Source: a virus
Taxonomy: Duplodnaviria; Caudoviricetes
Length of the DNA: 59,478 nucleotides
IMG/VR virus record: IMGVR_UViG_3300037313_001722
Location: 1 to 59,478 of that record
Direction: 5' to 3' (one strand)
Shown here: one piece after another, positions 47,251-56,132 of the stretch
Position numbering within the stretch: position 1 is the stretch's first letter
Layout of the letters: every line of letters begins with the position of its first letter
Notes under the pieces: model-generated
What the model was told of the DNA's origin: nothing
What the model saw: only the letters and a program-made list of their open reading frames with translations
Database searches by the model: none
Program-made: the position numbers and the translations under genes

Positions 47251-49797
47251 TCACCTACTCGCGTTCCAGTTGTAGGGGTTCAGCGGCGGGGCGCCCTCTC
47301 CGTTCGCCCCCGCGATGCCGGTCGCGGAGGAGATCTTCAAGAGCTGCTTCGCCGTGTCCGAAAGATCCACTACGACCTTACCGTTTGCAGCGGTCCCGCC
47401 GCTGTTGGCCGACGTCTTCCGGCTCGGGTGCTTCTTCTCCCACTCCTTGATGGAGGTCCCCTCGTTGCCCTTGGACTTGGACGCTTCCGAGGTCCAGTTG
47501 GCCGTGCTGTCGGTCGCACCGGTGCCCAGGAGGTCCTGGACCGACTTGCCCGATTCCGAGCCGTCCACGAACCGCACGGAACCTGCGGACAGCTCCTCGG
47601 AGTGGTTCTTGATGGCGTCCTTCAGGGACACCACCCGCTGGCCCTTGGAGGTGTGGACGACCACCTTGGCCGAGTCCTGGTCCTTGACGTGCTGGAGCAG
47701 GTTCTCGATCACCGGGTTGCGCTGACCGGACTTCTTGACCTGGTTCTTGTACTGAACCATGGCGGACGAGTCGCCCTTGTCGGTGCCGATGTCGTCCACG
47801 ATCCCGGCCGTGACCGTCTCCACGAAGGCGCCACCGATCTTGGCAGCGGTGCTGGAGCCGTGGTCGATCTTGGTGGAGAAGCCCTTGATGAAGCCGGAGT
47901 CCTTGCCCTGCTTCGCCGCCTGCTTGGTCGACATGGGTTTGTTGGCCTTGGCGTTCTTCTCCGCATTGGCCAAGTCGCCGTTCTGCCCGGCGATCAGGGT
48001 GAACGCGTACGCCACGGCCTTCTGCGGGTCACTGGTCTGGACGATGCCGAACGCCGCGAGCTGCTGCTGGATGACCGAGATGTTGTGGTTCGGGAAGGCC
48101 TGCATGAACGCGGGCACGATGCTCAGGGCCGCGTCCGAGTCGAGCTGGCCGCCGAGCCCGTTCGCCTGCTGCTTGACCCAGTTGATCTCGTCCTGGGTGA
48201 AGATCTGCGACAGCAGCGAGAGATTCTCCCCGGCCCGTGCCTGAGCCGCCGCGAGCGGGTTGGTGGTCTGCAACGCGGTGTACTGGTTGTACGTCATCCC
48301 GGCGTTCGAGGACGCCATGTAGGCGTACTGCTGGCCCATCTGGCCGGACAGGTCGATGTCCTCGTACGACCGGCCCAGGGACGTCTTGCCCATCTGGATG
48401 TTCTGGGCCGTCGGGATGGCACCGGCACCGTAGCCCGCCTGCACCCCCGTACTCACCATGTCCATGAGCTGCTTGCGGGCCATCTGGGCGTTGACGCCCG
48501 CCCGACCGGCGGTGTCCGAGACGTCCTTGAGGGCCTTCTGGAGGCCGTTCAGGGACAGGGTGGAGTTCTTGGACACCACTTCGAGCTGCTGGAGGCTCTC
48601 GGACACGGAGGCGCCGTACGAGGACTTCCCGTGGTAGATGAAGTCCAGCGCGTTCTGGCGTCCGCCCTGACGCGAGTACTGATCCCGGACGCGGCCGTTG
48701 TACCCCAGGCGGGTCACGCCCTTGAAGGCCTGCCGGGCCTCCTCGTCGGTGAAGAAGCCCGTCGTGGAGGCGACATACGCCTCCTCGTGGAGCCGCTCAC
48801 CGAAGCCGGAGAAGTTTCCGCCGCCCTCGACGTTCTGGTAGTACTCGTTCTTGTTCCGCTGGCTCTTGACCTCGCCGAAGGCGCTATCGACCAGTCCTAC
48901 GAGGGGGATGTTCCGCCGGGCCCAGCCGCCGATGCCGGAGTTCATGCCCCACAGATGGCCAGGGTTGCCCGGGGTGTGGTTGGCGCCGTAGGCACCGGAA
49001 CCCCCGCCAGCACCGCCGTGACCTCCGCCGCCACTGGCGGGACCGTACGGGCCATAGGGGCCGTAGGGGCCGTGTGGGGAGCCGGGACCGCCGAAGTAGA
49101 TGGGGTTCGGGGGCAGGCCGGAGGGTCCCATGCCGTACGGGCCGGGACCGAAGCCTCCACCGCCGAAGCCCCCTCCCGAGCCCCCAGAGCCGCCGCCAGA
49201 GCCTCCCGAGCCGCCGCTGCCACCACTTCCCCCGGAGCCTCCCGGAGGACGCCAGTAGGGCGACCAGACACCGAAGGCGGACCGGCTCCAGTTCTGCCGG
49301 GTCTGCTGGATGGTCCGGTCCCTCAGATCGGAGAGGGTGGCTCCCCAGTCGCCCGCGTTGGTGGGCATCCGGGTGTGGTCCTGGAGGAACTGCGCGGTGA
49401 CCTGGCCGACCGGCGGAAGGCTCCACCGAGGCCCTCGGGGAGCCGGAGACGGTCCTGCCGGGGCGCCGGAAGCCGAGGGAGCGCTCGGAGCGGATCCTCC
49501 GGACGCGGATCCCGGGGTGGGCGGCAGAGACGTGATCGTGTAGACAGGTCCGCTGGGTGCCGATGTCGTGTGTCCGGCCAGAGGGTTGTGGGCGCCCATG
49601 CCGACACGGAAGCTGGCCGCCGCAGCGGATCCGGTTCCCGTCATGAAGGACTGGGCCATGTGCAGTGATCGCGCCATGGAGTCCCGCATCTCCCCCATGA
49701 CGCGGGCCGTGTTCTCCTGGCCGCGCACGAGCAGGGAGAACAGGCGGCCCAGGTCCAGGTTGTCGTTGACGCCGCTGTCCGGCTCGCCGTCTGCCAT
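47251..49797 (-). CDS. Tape measure protein
   Basis: Follows the frameshifted chaperone; Ala/Gly/Gln-rich with a Gly-Ser tract. Confidence 0.75.
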   Translation of the reverse strand: MADGEPDSGVNDNLDLGRLFSLLVRGQENTARVMGEMRDSMARSLHMAQSFMTGTGSAAAASFRVGMGAHNPLAGHTTSAPSGPVYTITSLPPTPGSASGGSAPSAPSASGAPAGPSPAPRGPRWSLPPVGQVTAQFLQDHTRMPTNAGDWGATLSDLRDRTIQQTRQNWSRSAFGVWSPYWRPPGGSGGSGGSGGSGGSGGGSGGSGGGFGGGGFGPGPYGMGPSGLPPNPIYFGGPGSPHGPYGPYGPYGPASGGGGHGGAGGGSGAYGANHTPGNPGHLWGMNSGIGGWARRNIPLVGLVDSAFGEVKSQRNKNEYYQNVEGGGNFSGFGERLHEEAYVASTTGFFTDEEARQAFKGVTRLGYNGRVRDQYSRQGGRQNALDFIYHGKSSYGASVSESLQQLEVVSKNSTLSLNGLQKALKDVSDTAGRAGVNAQMARKQLMDMVSTGVQAGYGAGAIPTAQNIQMGKTSLGRSYEDIDLSGQMGQQYAYMASSNAGMTYNQYTALQTTNPLAAAQARAGENLSLLSQIFTQDEINWVKQQANGLGGQLDSDAALSIVPAFMQAFPNHNISVIQQQLAAFGIVQTSDPQKAVAYAFTLIAGQNGDLANAEKNAKANKPMSTKQAAKQGKDSGFIKGFSTKIDHGSSTAAKIGGAFVETVTAGIVDDIGTDKGDSSAMVQYKNQVKKSGQRNPVIENLLQHVKDQDSAKVVVHTSKGQRVVSLKDAIKNHSEELSAGSVRFVDGSESGKSVQDLLGTGATDSTANWTSEASKSKGNEGTSIKEWEKKHPSRKTSANSGGTAANGKVVVDLSDTAKQLLKISSATGIAGANGEGAPPLNPYNWNASR

Positions 49798-50315
49798 CAG
49801 ACCCACTCCGTATCTTGCTCAACCTGCGTCGGATCGAAGTCTCGGGGCGGAGGCAGCGAGGGGGTGCTGTCCTCCGGCGGGGAGGGCTGTTCGGCGTCCG
49901 GCCCCTCCAGCGGGGCCCCGTCGACCGTGACCGTGTTGTCGGCCAGCATCCGGGCGAGGACCTCCAGTTCGTCCTCGGACGGCGCCTCGTAGTCCACACC
50001 GCTGTTGTCGGTGTAGTCGATCCCGTCGGACTCCGGAGTCTCGGAGGGGAAGTACTCCTCGAAGAGAACCTCCTCCTTGTACTGGCCGGAGGCCACCAGG
50101 CCCGCCTTGGCCACGTTCAGCAGGAGCTTGCGCCGGAACTCCTCCTCCCGCTCCTCCCGTTCGGCCTCCTTCAGGCCGTCGGCGAAGCGGAGGTACTCCA
50201 GACCGAGGATCTGCACCTCGGAGAGGTTGTCCCCCTGGAGAAGCCCCCGGGCCTGAGCCTGCCTCAGGATCCGCTCTACGAAGGGTTCGAGCCCTCGGGG
50301 GCCGATGCTTTTCCC
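49797..50315 (-). CDS. Tail assembly chaperone extension (-1 frameshift product)
   Basis: Frame becomes protein-like exactly at the GGGAAAA slippery site (50315-50309); no obvious own start. Confidence 0.8.
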   Translation of the reverse strand, partial: GKSIGPRGLEPFVERILRQAQARGLLQGDNLSEVQILGLEYLRFADGLKEAEREEREEEFRRKLLLNVAKAGLVASGQYKEEVLFEEYFPSETPESDGIDYTDNSGVDYEAPSEDELEVLARMLADNTVTVDGAPLEGPDAEQPSPPEDSTPSLPPPRDFDPTQVEQDTEWV

Positions 50316-50800
50316 ATGGCCGCCACGACCCGGGCCGCGAGGTCCTCCAGTGCCACGTACTCGTTGAAGACTGCGTCCACCGTGAAGGGGAACCAGGTGT
50401 CCTTGACGTAGTTGAAGCGCTGGAGGCCCCACTCGTACGACCGGCGGCTCTCGCCGATCGGGACCGGAAGCTCCTCGCCGTCCACGCTCATCGTGCACAT
50501 GGCCGCGATGGCGCATCCGTAGGCCCGGTCGGCACCCATGGTGTCGGCGAACTCCTTGATGATCTGGGCCACCGCGAGCTTCTCGCCGTCGCGGAGCGTC
50601 CGGATCACGAAGTCGTGGCCGAGCCACGTGAAGGGCTTGGACAGGGCCCCCACGAACGCGAGGCCCTTCAGGCCTTCCGCGTACCGGGAGTCGAACGAGG
50701 GCAGCAGGTTGCCCTCCTCGTCACGGAGGGTCCCCGGCTCGTCCTCGGGCTCCTGCGCCAAAGCCGTCGGGTCGTAGGCCTTCGCCTGCTGCTCGCTCAT
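50276..50800 (-). CDS. Tail assembly chaperone
   Basis: Between tube and tape measure; ATG GGA AAA GCA near the 3' end. Confidence 0.85.
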   Translation of the reverse strand: MSEQQAKAYDPTALAQEPEDEPGTLRDEEGNLLPSFDSRYAEGLKGLAFVGALSKPFTWLGHDFVIRTLRDGEKLAVAQIIKEFADTMGADRAYGCAIAAMCTMSVDGEELPVPIGESRRSYEWGLQRFNYVKDTWFPFTVDAVFNEYVALEDLAARVVAAMGKASAPEGSNPS

Positions 50801-50810
50801 GTCGTCCGCC

Positions 50811-51317
50811 CTACTTGTTCAGGGCCGAGGTGTGCGTGTAGGCCACCGTGATGCCCTTGGTCACGGCCAGGGAGCCGACCGTGATGGTGTCGCCGTCGTT
50901 GATGTCCACCACGGTGCAGTTGTGGTAGTTCTTGCCGCGCCAGGCGCCCGGGTTGTTCTGGGTGCCGGGCGGTTTGATGACCGTTTGGCACGTGACGTAA
51001 TTCGGGTCGTTGGCCAGCAGCCGGAAGATGTCCACGATGTTCTTCGAGCCCGCGAGGCCGGAGAGCTGCTCCCACACGTAGCCGTTCCACAGCTCGCGGA
51101 TGGTGAGGATCAGCGTGCCGCCCTGGAGGACTCGCGAGGTGGCGATCTCCACGGGGTGCGAGGCACCCAGGGGCTGGATGAACTGGTACGGCTGTCCGAG
51201 GTCGCTAAATGCTCGTTGACCACTATCCTCAACTCCTTCGCAGAACGCGATCCCCTTACCCTTGTAATAAAAGGTAGTGAACCCGCTTCCTACGACCCTG
51301 ACCTTAGTCTGGGGCAT
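50811..51317 (-). CDS. Tail tube protein
   Basis: 168 aa, downstream of sheath; GGAGGAGG RBS. Confidence 0.8.
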   Translation of the reverse strand: MPQTKVRVVGSGFTTFYYKGKGIAFCEGVEDSGQRAFSDLGQPYQFIQPLGASHPVEIATSRVLQGGTLILTIRELWNGYVWEQLSGLAGSKNIVDIFRLLANDPNYVTCQTVIKPPGTQNNPGAWRGKNYHNCTVVDINDGDTITVGSLAVTKGITVAYTHTSALNK

Positions 51318-51396
51318 TTTGAGGGCCTCCTCCGAGGAAAGTGTACGCCAGGAGAGGCGTAGGAATCTGCGTAGGAAAACTGCTACGATTTCCTAC

Positions 51397-52281
51397 ATGG
51401 ATACAGCGCGGGCCTACGAGGCCGTACTGCGAAGTGGAAGTCGTGACGGCCTCTCCGATCTGGAGAAGCGTCTGTGGGAGAAGGTCGACGTCGTGGACGA
51501 TGACACTTCGTGCTGGGAGTGGACCCGTTCCCGACGAAAGGGGGAGAACGAGAACTACGGGAACTTCAGCTTTCGAGACCCGAACACGGGACGACGTGGA
51601 GGCACTCCGTCCCACCGAGTGGTCTTCTACGTCGTCCACGGACGACTGCCGCAGACCAGCCGTCATACCTGCGACAACCCACCCTGCAACCGGCCGAGCC
51701 ACATCATCGACGGAACCCAGGTCGACAACATCGCCGACATGGACTCCCGGGGCCGACGCGGCGTCCGGAATCAGCACGGCATTCTCAACGCTCAGGCCGT
51801 CCTGACCGAGGACATGGTCCGTGCGGCCCGCAAGCTCTACCGGGGTGGGACCTCCATGGAGACCATCGCCATGAGTCTGGACCGAGACGTCTCCGCGATC
51901 CGCTTCGCCATCATCGGCGACACCTGGAGCCACATCACCGACGTGCCGCCCGTGACGGCCGACGAGAGGCGCTCCCCCGGCGGGAAGCTGACCCGGACCC
52001 AGATCGAGCAGGCGCGAGCCCGTAGGGCCGCTGGAGAGTCCTGCGCGAACATCGCCAGGGACTTCGGCTGCACCCCGTCGAACATCAGCTACCTGACCCG
52101 CGACAATACGAAGCCCAAGAAGCCCCGCGTCCGGGTCCATCTCACGGACGAGCAGGTCCGCCAGATCCGGCTGCTCCGGGTCCAGGAGGTGCCGTACCAG
52201 AGCATCGCCGATCGTTTCGGCATCAGCCGGGGACTCGTGAACCACATCGTCAACGGTCGCGCGTACACCCATGTGAAGTAG
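51397..52281 (+). CDS. Free-standing HNH homing endonuclease with three C-terminal HTH repeats
   Basis: CWEW, SHR, RHTCDNPPCNRPSH...GTQVDNIADM; repeated LTE/LTR/LTD HTH units; inverted between sheath and tube. Confidence 0.9.
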   Translation: MDTARAYEAVLRSGSRDGLSDLEKRLWEKVDVVDDDTSCWEWTRSRRKGENENYGNFSFRDPNTGRRGGTPSHRVVFYVVHGRLPQTSRHTCDNPPCNRPSHIIDGTQVDNIADMDSRGRRGVRNQHGILNAQAVLTEDMVRAARKLYRGGTSMETIAMSLDRDVSAIRFAIIGDTWSHITDVPPVTADERRSPGGKLTRTQIEQARARRAAGESCANIARDFGCTPSNISYLTRDNTKPKKPRVRVHLTDEQVRQIRLLRVQEVPYQSIADRFGISRGLVNHIVNGRAYTHVK

Positions 52282-52292
52282 CACCTCCTCTC

Positions 52293-52325
52293 CATCCCTT
52301 CGCAGTTCATCCGGCCGGGCCCACA
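52293..52325 (-). promoter_or_regulatory. Late-promoter motif copy with orphan RBS
   Basis: TGTG-N19-CGAAGGGATG then GAGGAGG running into the HNH 3' end. Confidence 0.55.
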
Positions 52326-52354
52326 GCAACTGGGCCCGGCCGAGTCCATCAGTC

Positions 52355-53929
52355 CTACGGGGTCGTGGTCTCTTCGGTGTTGTCCGTCGCGGTGATGTCA
52401 CCGGAGGACAGGTCGATCGCGAAGGTGACCGTGATGTAGTTCAGCGGCACCAGCGGCGAGTAGGCGAACTGCGCCTCGATCACCGACGGGTCGCCGGAGG
52501 GCAGGGACTGCTGCCGGACCGCGACGTCCGTGTAGGCACGGATCACGCTGTCCGTGACGGCGCGCTCCAGGATGCCGGTCAGGGCGCCCTTGACCCGGGT
52601 GGTCATGTCGACGTCGATCGGCTCGCCGATCAGGCCCGCCGCGTCCATGCCGGTCTGCACCAGCTCGAAGAGGACGTCCCCGGTGCGCACGAGCGAGATC
52701 TCCCGGGTGGTGAGGCTGCTCATGTCGGTGGTGAGGCCGTGGCGGACCGCGAGGGTGCCCGTACGGGTCTGCTCCACGACCGACACACCGGCCTTGGACA
52801 GGTTGTCCTTGAAGGACTTCGTCTGGAGCTGTGCGAGGGCCGGAGGGATGCTGTTGAAGCCCGTGACGGAGACGCTCGTCAGGCCTCGGGCTACGTCGCC
52901 TCCCGCGAGGGCTCCCGCCATGGCCGCCGCGAGGTAGTAGCCCGCCACCACGGTGGTCTGTGCCAGCCGGGTGTTGTAGAAGCTCATCTGGTTCGGGTAG
53001 GCCAGTACGGTCCGCTTCGAGGCGATCTGACGGGCCACGGCGTCGTAGTTCCGGGTGGCCGAGTCGTAGTTGGGCTCGAAGCCGACGAAGGCGATCCGGC
53101 CGAAGCCGTCGTCCGAGGCGGTGACGCAGTGGGTGTTGACGTCCTGGATGAGCGCCAGGACGGCATCCGCCGTGTGAGCGTCACCCGGAGTCCCGGTGCT
53201 GTCCGGGGTGCCGTCCACGAACAGCGGGACGATCAACTGGGCGGTGTAGTTCGCGACGATCTTGGCGTAGGCCGCTACGAACTGCTCCTTGAGGGTGCCG
53301 TCGGCCGGGTTGGTCGGCAGCGCCAGGATGTTGCTTGCGCCGTTGGCCATGGCGATCTGGGCGGCCAGGGTGAGCGGGCAGACGACCTGGGTCGCGTTCG
53401 GGTTCGCCGGAACGGTGCCGGAGACCGCAGCACCGTAGGTGGCGGCGATCTGGCTCGGGTCCGTGAACTCCTGCGGCGTGTAGTACGTGGTGTCGGCGTA
53501 GTTGTACGTGACGTAGACCGAGGCGCCGTCCGCCAGACCGCTGGTCGGCGACGGGCCGGACGGGGTGCCGACGGGGCCGAGGCGCTTGATGTAGGTCACC
53601 GCGTTGGCCGCACCGCCGGTGCCGGAAGCGTCGACCACGAAGGTGTAGTCGACCCCGTAGACCTGGGTGACGCCGTTGACGTCCTTGACGACGGGGGCGC
53701 CGATGGGCGGGGGGCCGGTGACGGCGGTGACGAAGATGCCGCGCTTGGTCAGGGCGGTGTTGCTGTTCCAGTAGACGGGGACCAGCTCAGTGTTGGTCTG
53801 GTAGCCGATCGACGGGCCGATGATCGTCACCGTGTTCGTGGTGACGGTGGTGGGCGTGACGACCGGCTGCGACGTGTCCTGGACGTATACGCCCGGGGGC
53901 ACATACGAAGTGAAATCCGGCATCTGCAT
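52355..53929 (-). CDS. Contractile tail sheath protein
   Basis: YVPPGVYVQD N-terminus; VRHGLTTD...REISLVR; YSPLVPLNYITVTF. Confidence 0.92.
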   Translation of the reverse strand: MQMPDFTSYVPPGVYVQDTSQPVVTPTTVTTNTVTIIGPSIGYQTNTELVPVYWNSNTALTKRGIFVTAVTGPPPIGAPVVKDVNGVTQVYGVDYTFVVDASGTGGAANAVTYIKRLGPVGTPSGPSPTSGLADGASVYVTYNYADTTYYTPQEFTDPSQIAATYGAAVSGTVPANPNATQVVCPLTLAAQIAMANGASNILALPTNPADGTLKEQFVAAYAKIVANYTAQLIVPLFVDGTPDSTGTPGDAHTADAVLALIQDVNTHCVTASDDGFGRIAFVGFEPNYDSATRNYDAVARQIASKRTVLAYPNQMSFYNTRLAQTTVVAGYYLAAAMAGALAGGDVARGLTSVSVTGFNSIPPALAQLQTKSFKDNLSKAGVSVVEQTRTGTLAVRHGLTTDMSSLTTREISLVRTGDVLFELVQTGMDAAGLIGEPIDVDMTTRVKGALTGILERAVTDSVIRAYTDVAVRQQSLPSGDPSVIEAQFAYSPLVPLNYITVTFAIDLSSGDITATDNTEETTTP

Positions 53930-53958
53930 ACCCTCCGGGACCGGCTAGATCGGGCTTC

Positions 53959-53991
53959 CACCCCTTCGCAGGAGAGGGGCCCCGGAGGACA
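53959..53991 (-). promoter_or_regulatory. Late-promoter motif copy
   Basis: TGTC-N19-CGAAGGGGTG. Confidence 0.65.
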
Positions 53992-53998
53992 GGAGACA

Positions 53999-54649
53999 TC
54001 AGTGCCAGTCGGTGCTTCCGCCTCCGACGACATCCGGCGGGAACGGGCTGTTCGGATCGCCGGGCAGGTATGCGGTGGGGAGGACCAGGATCTTGGACAG
54101 CGGGACCAGGGTCCCGGTGGCGGGGTCGGGAACGAACTCGCCGATGATCTCCAGGTTCAGCGAGCGCTCGTACATCAGCTCGTCGGTTCCCCAGGGGGTG
54201 CCCGGGGCCGCCGCACTGCCGCGCACGTCGATCTTGTCGGTCTGGAGGTTGGCCCCGATCAGATCGTTGTTGGCGATCATGTCCTTGAAGCGCCCGATGA
54301 CGGTGTCCTCGTTGCCGAAGGCCACCACCCGGACCACCTCATCGAACAATTCGTCCCGCTCCAGGGAGGTCAGGGCCACTGCCGTGATCGAGACGTACCC
54401 CTGGAAGCGCCACCGGGTGAAGGGGGCCACCGTGGTGCCGCTGTCGGTCAAGTCCTCCAGGTGGGCGATACCGGCCCGCAGGAGGGGCTGGGTGTCGTCG
54501 TAGTCGATCCAGAGCGACGGGTAGTCCTGGGGGTCGACCGGGTACTCCAGGCTGGCGTGCACGTTCCGGAACTTGGTCACCGGATACACGCTGTCGAACG
54601 TCCCCTGGAGGGCCTCGACCAGCAGCGTCTTCAGCGGGGCGATGTACAT
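53999..54649 (-). CDS. Tail terminator/completion-like protein
   Basis: Upstream of sheath; YPSLWI...ALTSLERDEL. Confidence 0.65.
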   Translation of the reverse strand: MYIAPLKTLLVEALQGTFDSVYPVTKFRNVHASLEYPVDPQDYPSLWIDYDDTQPLLRAGIAHLEDLTDSGTTVAPFTRWRFQGYVSITAVALTSLERDELFDEVVRVVAFGNEDTVIGRFKDMIANNDLIGANLQTDKIDVRGSAAAPGTPWGTDELMYERSLNLEIIGEFVPDPATGTLVPLSKILVLPTAYLPGDPNSPFPPDVVGGGSTDWH

Positions 54650-55356
54650 CAGCGGGTCTCCAGGATCTGCCGCCAGTTGCGGTCACAGAGGTACACACGG
54701 GTCGGGAGGATGCCGTTCCACTGTGCGGCCAGCGTCACCGAGTTGTTCAGGAAGAGCCGGGGCTGGATGCCCGGGTGGCGCCACCGTACGCCGACGTTCC
54801 CCGGGGCGATCTGGCCGCCCTTCCCGCCGGGCCGCGTCCAGGGCTGACCGACCTCCCGGCGGGAGATCCGGCCCGGGGCGCCGGGGTAGCTCGCGGGCTT
54901 GTCGGAGACGACGATCCGGTTGCCGTTGCGGTCCTTGCCGTACTTGGTGATCCTCTGGCCGATGTTGGCAGCACGCCGGAAGATCAGGACCTGGGTTTTG
55001 CCGGAGGCCGTGGTGCGGACCTTCGCCTTGGGATTGCGGGACCGCTCAATGCCCGTGGGGTCATCGATCCACATCGGGATCGTCTTGCCCGCCAGATTGC
55101 GCATGGTGAACGGCCGGATGCCGTGGTCCTGGAACCAGACGTACGAGTCGGCCCACCACAGGCCGAAGTAGCCCTTGCCGTACAGGGGCTGGATCCGGGC
55201 GGCTGAGGCGCCGGACATCTTCGGCATCTTGCGGCGGCACTCCCTCACGGCCGCCAGAGCCGCCGCGCGGGCCCGACCGGGGCTCAGGCCCTTGACGATC
55301 ATGATGATCCGGTCAGGCTCCTCGGCGATCTTGAACTCGGCGGTTTCGAGGAGCAT
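54649..55356 (-). CDS. Neck/tail completion protein
   Basis: Basic protein; FQDHGIRPF...WRHPGIQPRLF. Confidence 0.6.
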   Translation of the reverse strand: MLLETAEFKIAEEPDRIIMIVKGLSPGRARAAALAAVRECRRKMPKMSGASAARIQPLYGKGYFGLWWADSYVWFQDHGIRPFTMRNLAGKTIPMWIDDPTGIERSRNPKAKVRTTASGKTQVLIFRRAANIGQRITKYGKDRNGNRIVVSDKPASYPGAPGRISRREVGQPWTRPGGKGGQIAPGNVGVRWRHPGIQPRLFLNNSVTLAAQWNGILPTRVYLCDRNWRQILETR

Positions 55357-55359
55357 GGG

Positions 55360-56121
55360 TCACCAGTCGTCCGGGTCTTCGTAGTCGGGGTGATCGGGCA
55401 TCCGGCCCTCGTCGTCCGGGAAGCCGTGCTCGTCCGCGTCGTAGTGCCAACCCATGATGTGGCTGTCCCCGCGCTGAAGGGCTGCGGCAGTCCGGTGGTG
55501 GCCCTCGGTGGCGTGCAGGCGGCCCTCGTGGGTGACGAACATCGGGGCGCCGTCGCCCAGGTAGTTGCTGTTGCCCGTCGTCTCGCCGTACTTCTCCCTG
55601 TGGTGGCTCGTGGCGCCCGGGTCGGCCAGGTACTTGTCGATGTGCGCCTGGGAGACGTGGCTCTGGGTGGCGTAGACCGGCTGCTTGAGGTTCACCGCGC
55701 CGTAGGTGGCGTGCTGCTGCCAGTGGTGAGTGTTGGTCCCGTGTTCGCTGACGAAGCGGTGGAGTTGACCATCTTCGAGGTCGGGCTCGTTCTCCTGCTG
55801 CCTCTTGGTCAGGGCGTCCTGGTACGCCTGGTCGCGGCGATCCTCGTAAGACTCTGGGTATTCGTCGTGCTCGTCGTAGTGCCGCTGCTCGTGCGAGGTC
55901 GGATCGACTTCGAGATTGTCCCAGAGGTCCTCGTCAAAGCCGCCGTGACTCTGCCCCCCGTCCTCGTCGTAATCGTCATCAGAATCTCGGCCGACGTACC
56001 CGGCGAAGCCCGCGTGGCGCACGGACTTTGCGTGCTGGGCGTAGTGCTCTTCGCCCGGCTCGACCTGCCAAGCCATGCCCTCCCGCTGAAAGGCAGCGGC
56101 CCTCTTCCACAAGAGGCTCAT
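55360..56121 (-). CDS. ParB/Sulfiredoxin-like domain protein with acidic N-terminus
   Basis: YATQSHV...PMFVTHEGRLHATEGHHRTAAALQRG. Confidence 0.65.
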   Translation of the reverse strand: MSLLWKRAAAFQREGMAWQVEPGEEHYAQHAKSVRHAGFAGYVGRDSDDDYDEDGGQSHGGFDEDLWDNLEVDPTSHEQRHYDEHDEYPESYEDRRDQAYQDALTKRQQENEPDLEDGQLHRFVSEHGTNTHHWQQHATYGAVNLKQPVYATQSHVSQAHIDKYLADPGATSHHREKYGETTGNSNYLGDGAPMFVTHEGRLHATEGHHRTAAALQRGDSHIMGWHYDADEHGFPDDEGRMPDHPDYEDPDDW

Positions 56122-56132
56122 ATTTAAATTCC

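Noticed and set aside
49020-49250. Gly-Ser and GPY repeats in the tape measure gene
   Set aside because: Low-complexity protein linker, not a DNA repeat array
39915-53929. Extracellular contractile injection system or tailocin
   Set aside because: Linked to neck genes, a frameshifted chaperone and a full replisome, which fits a myovirus
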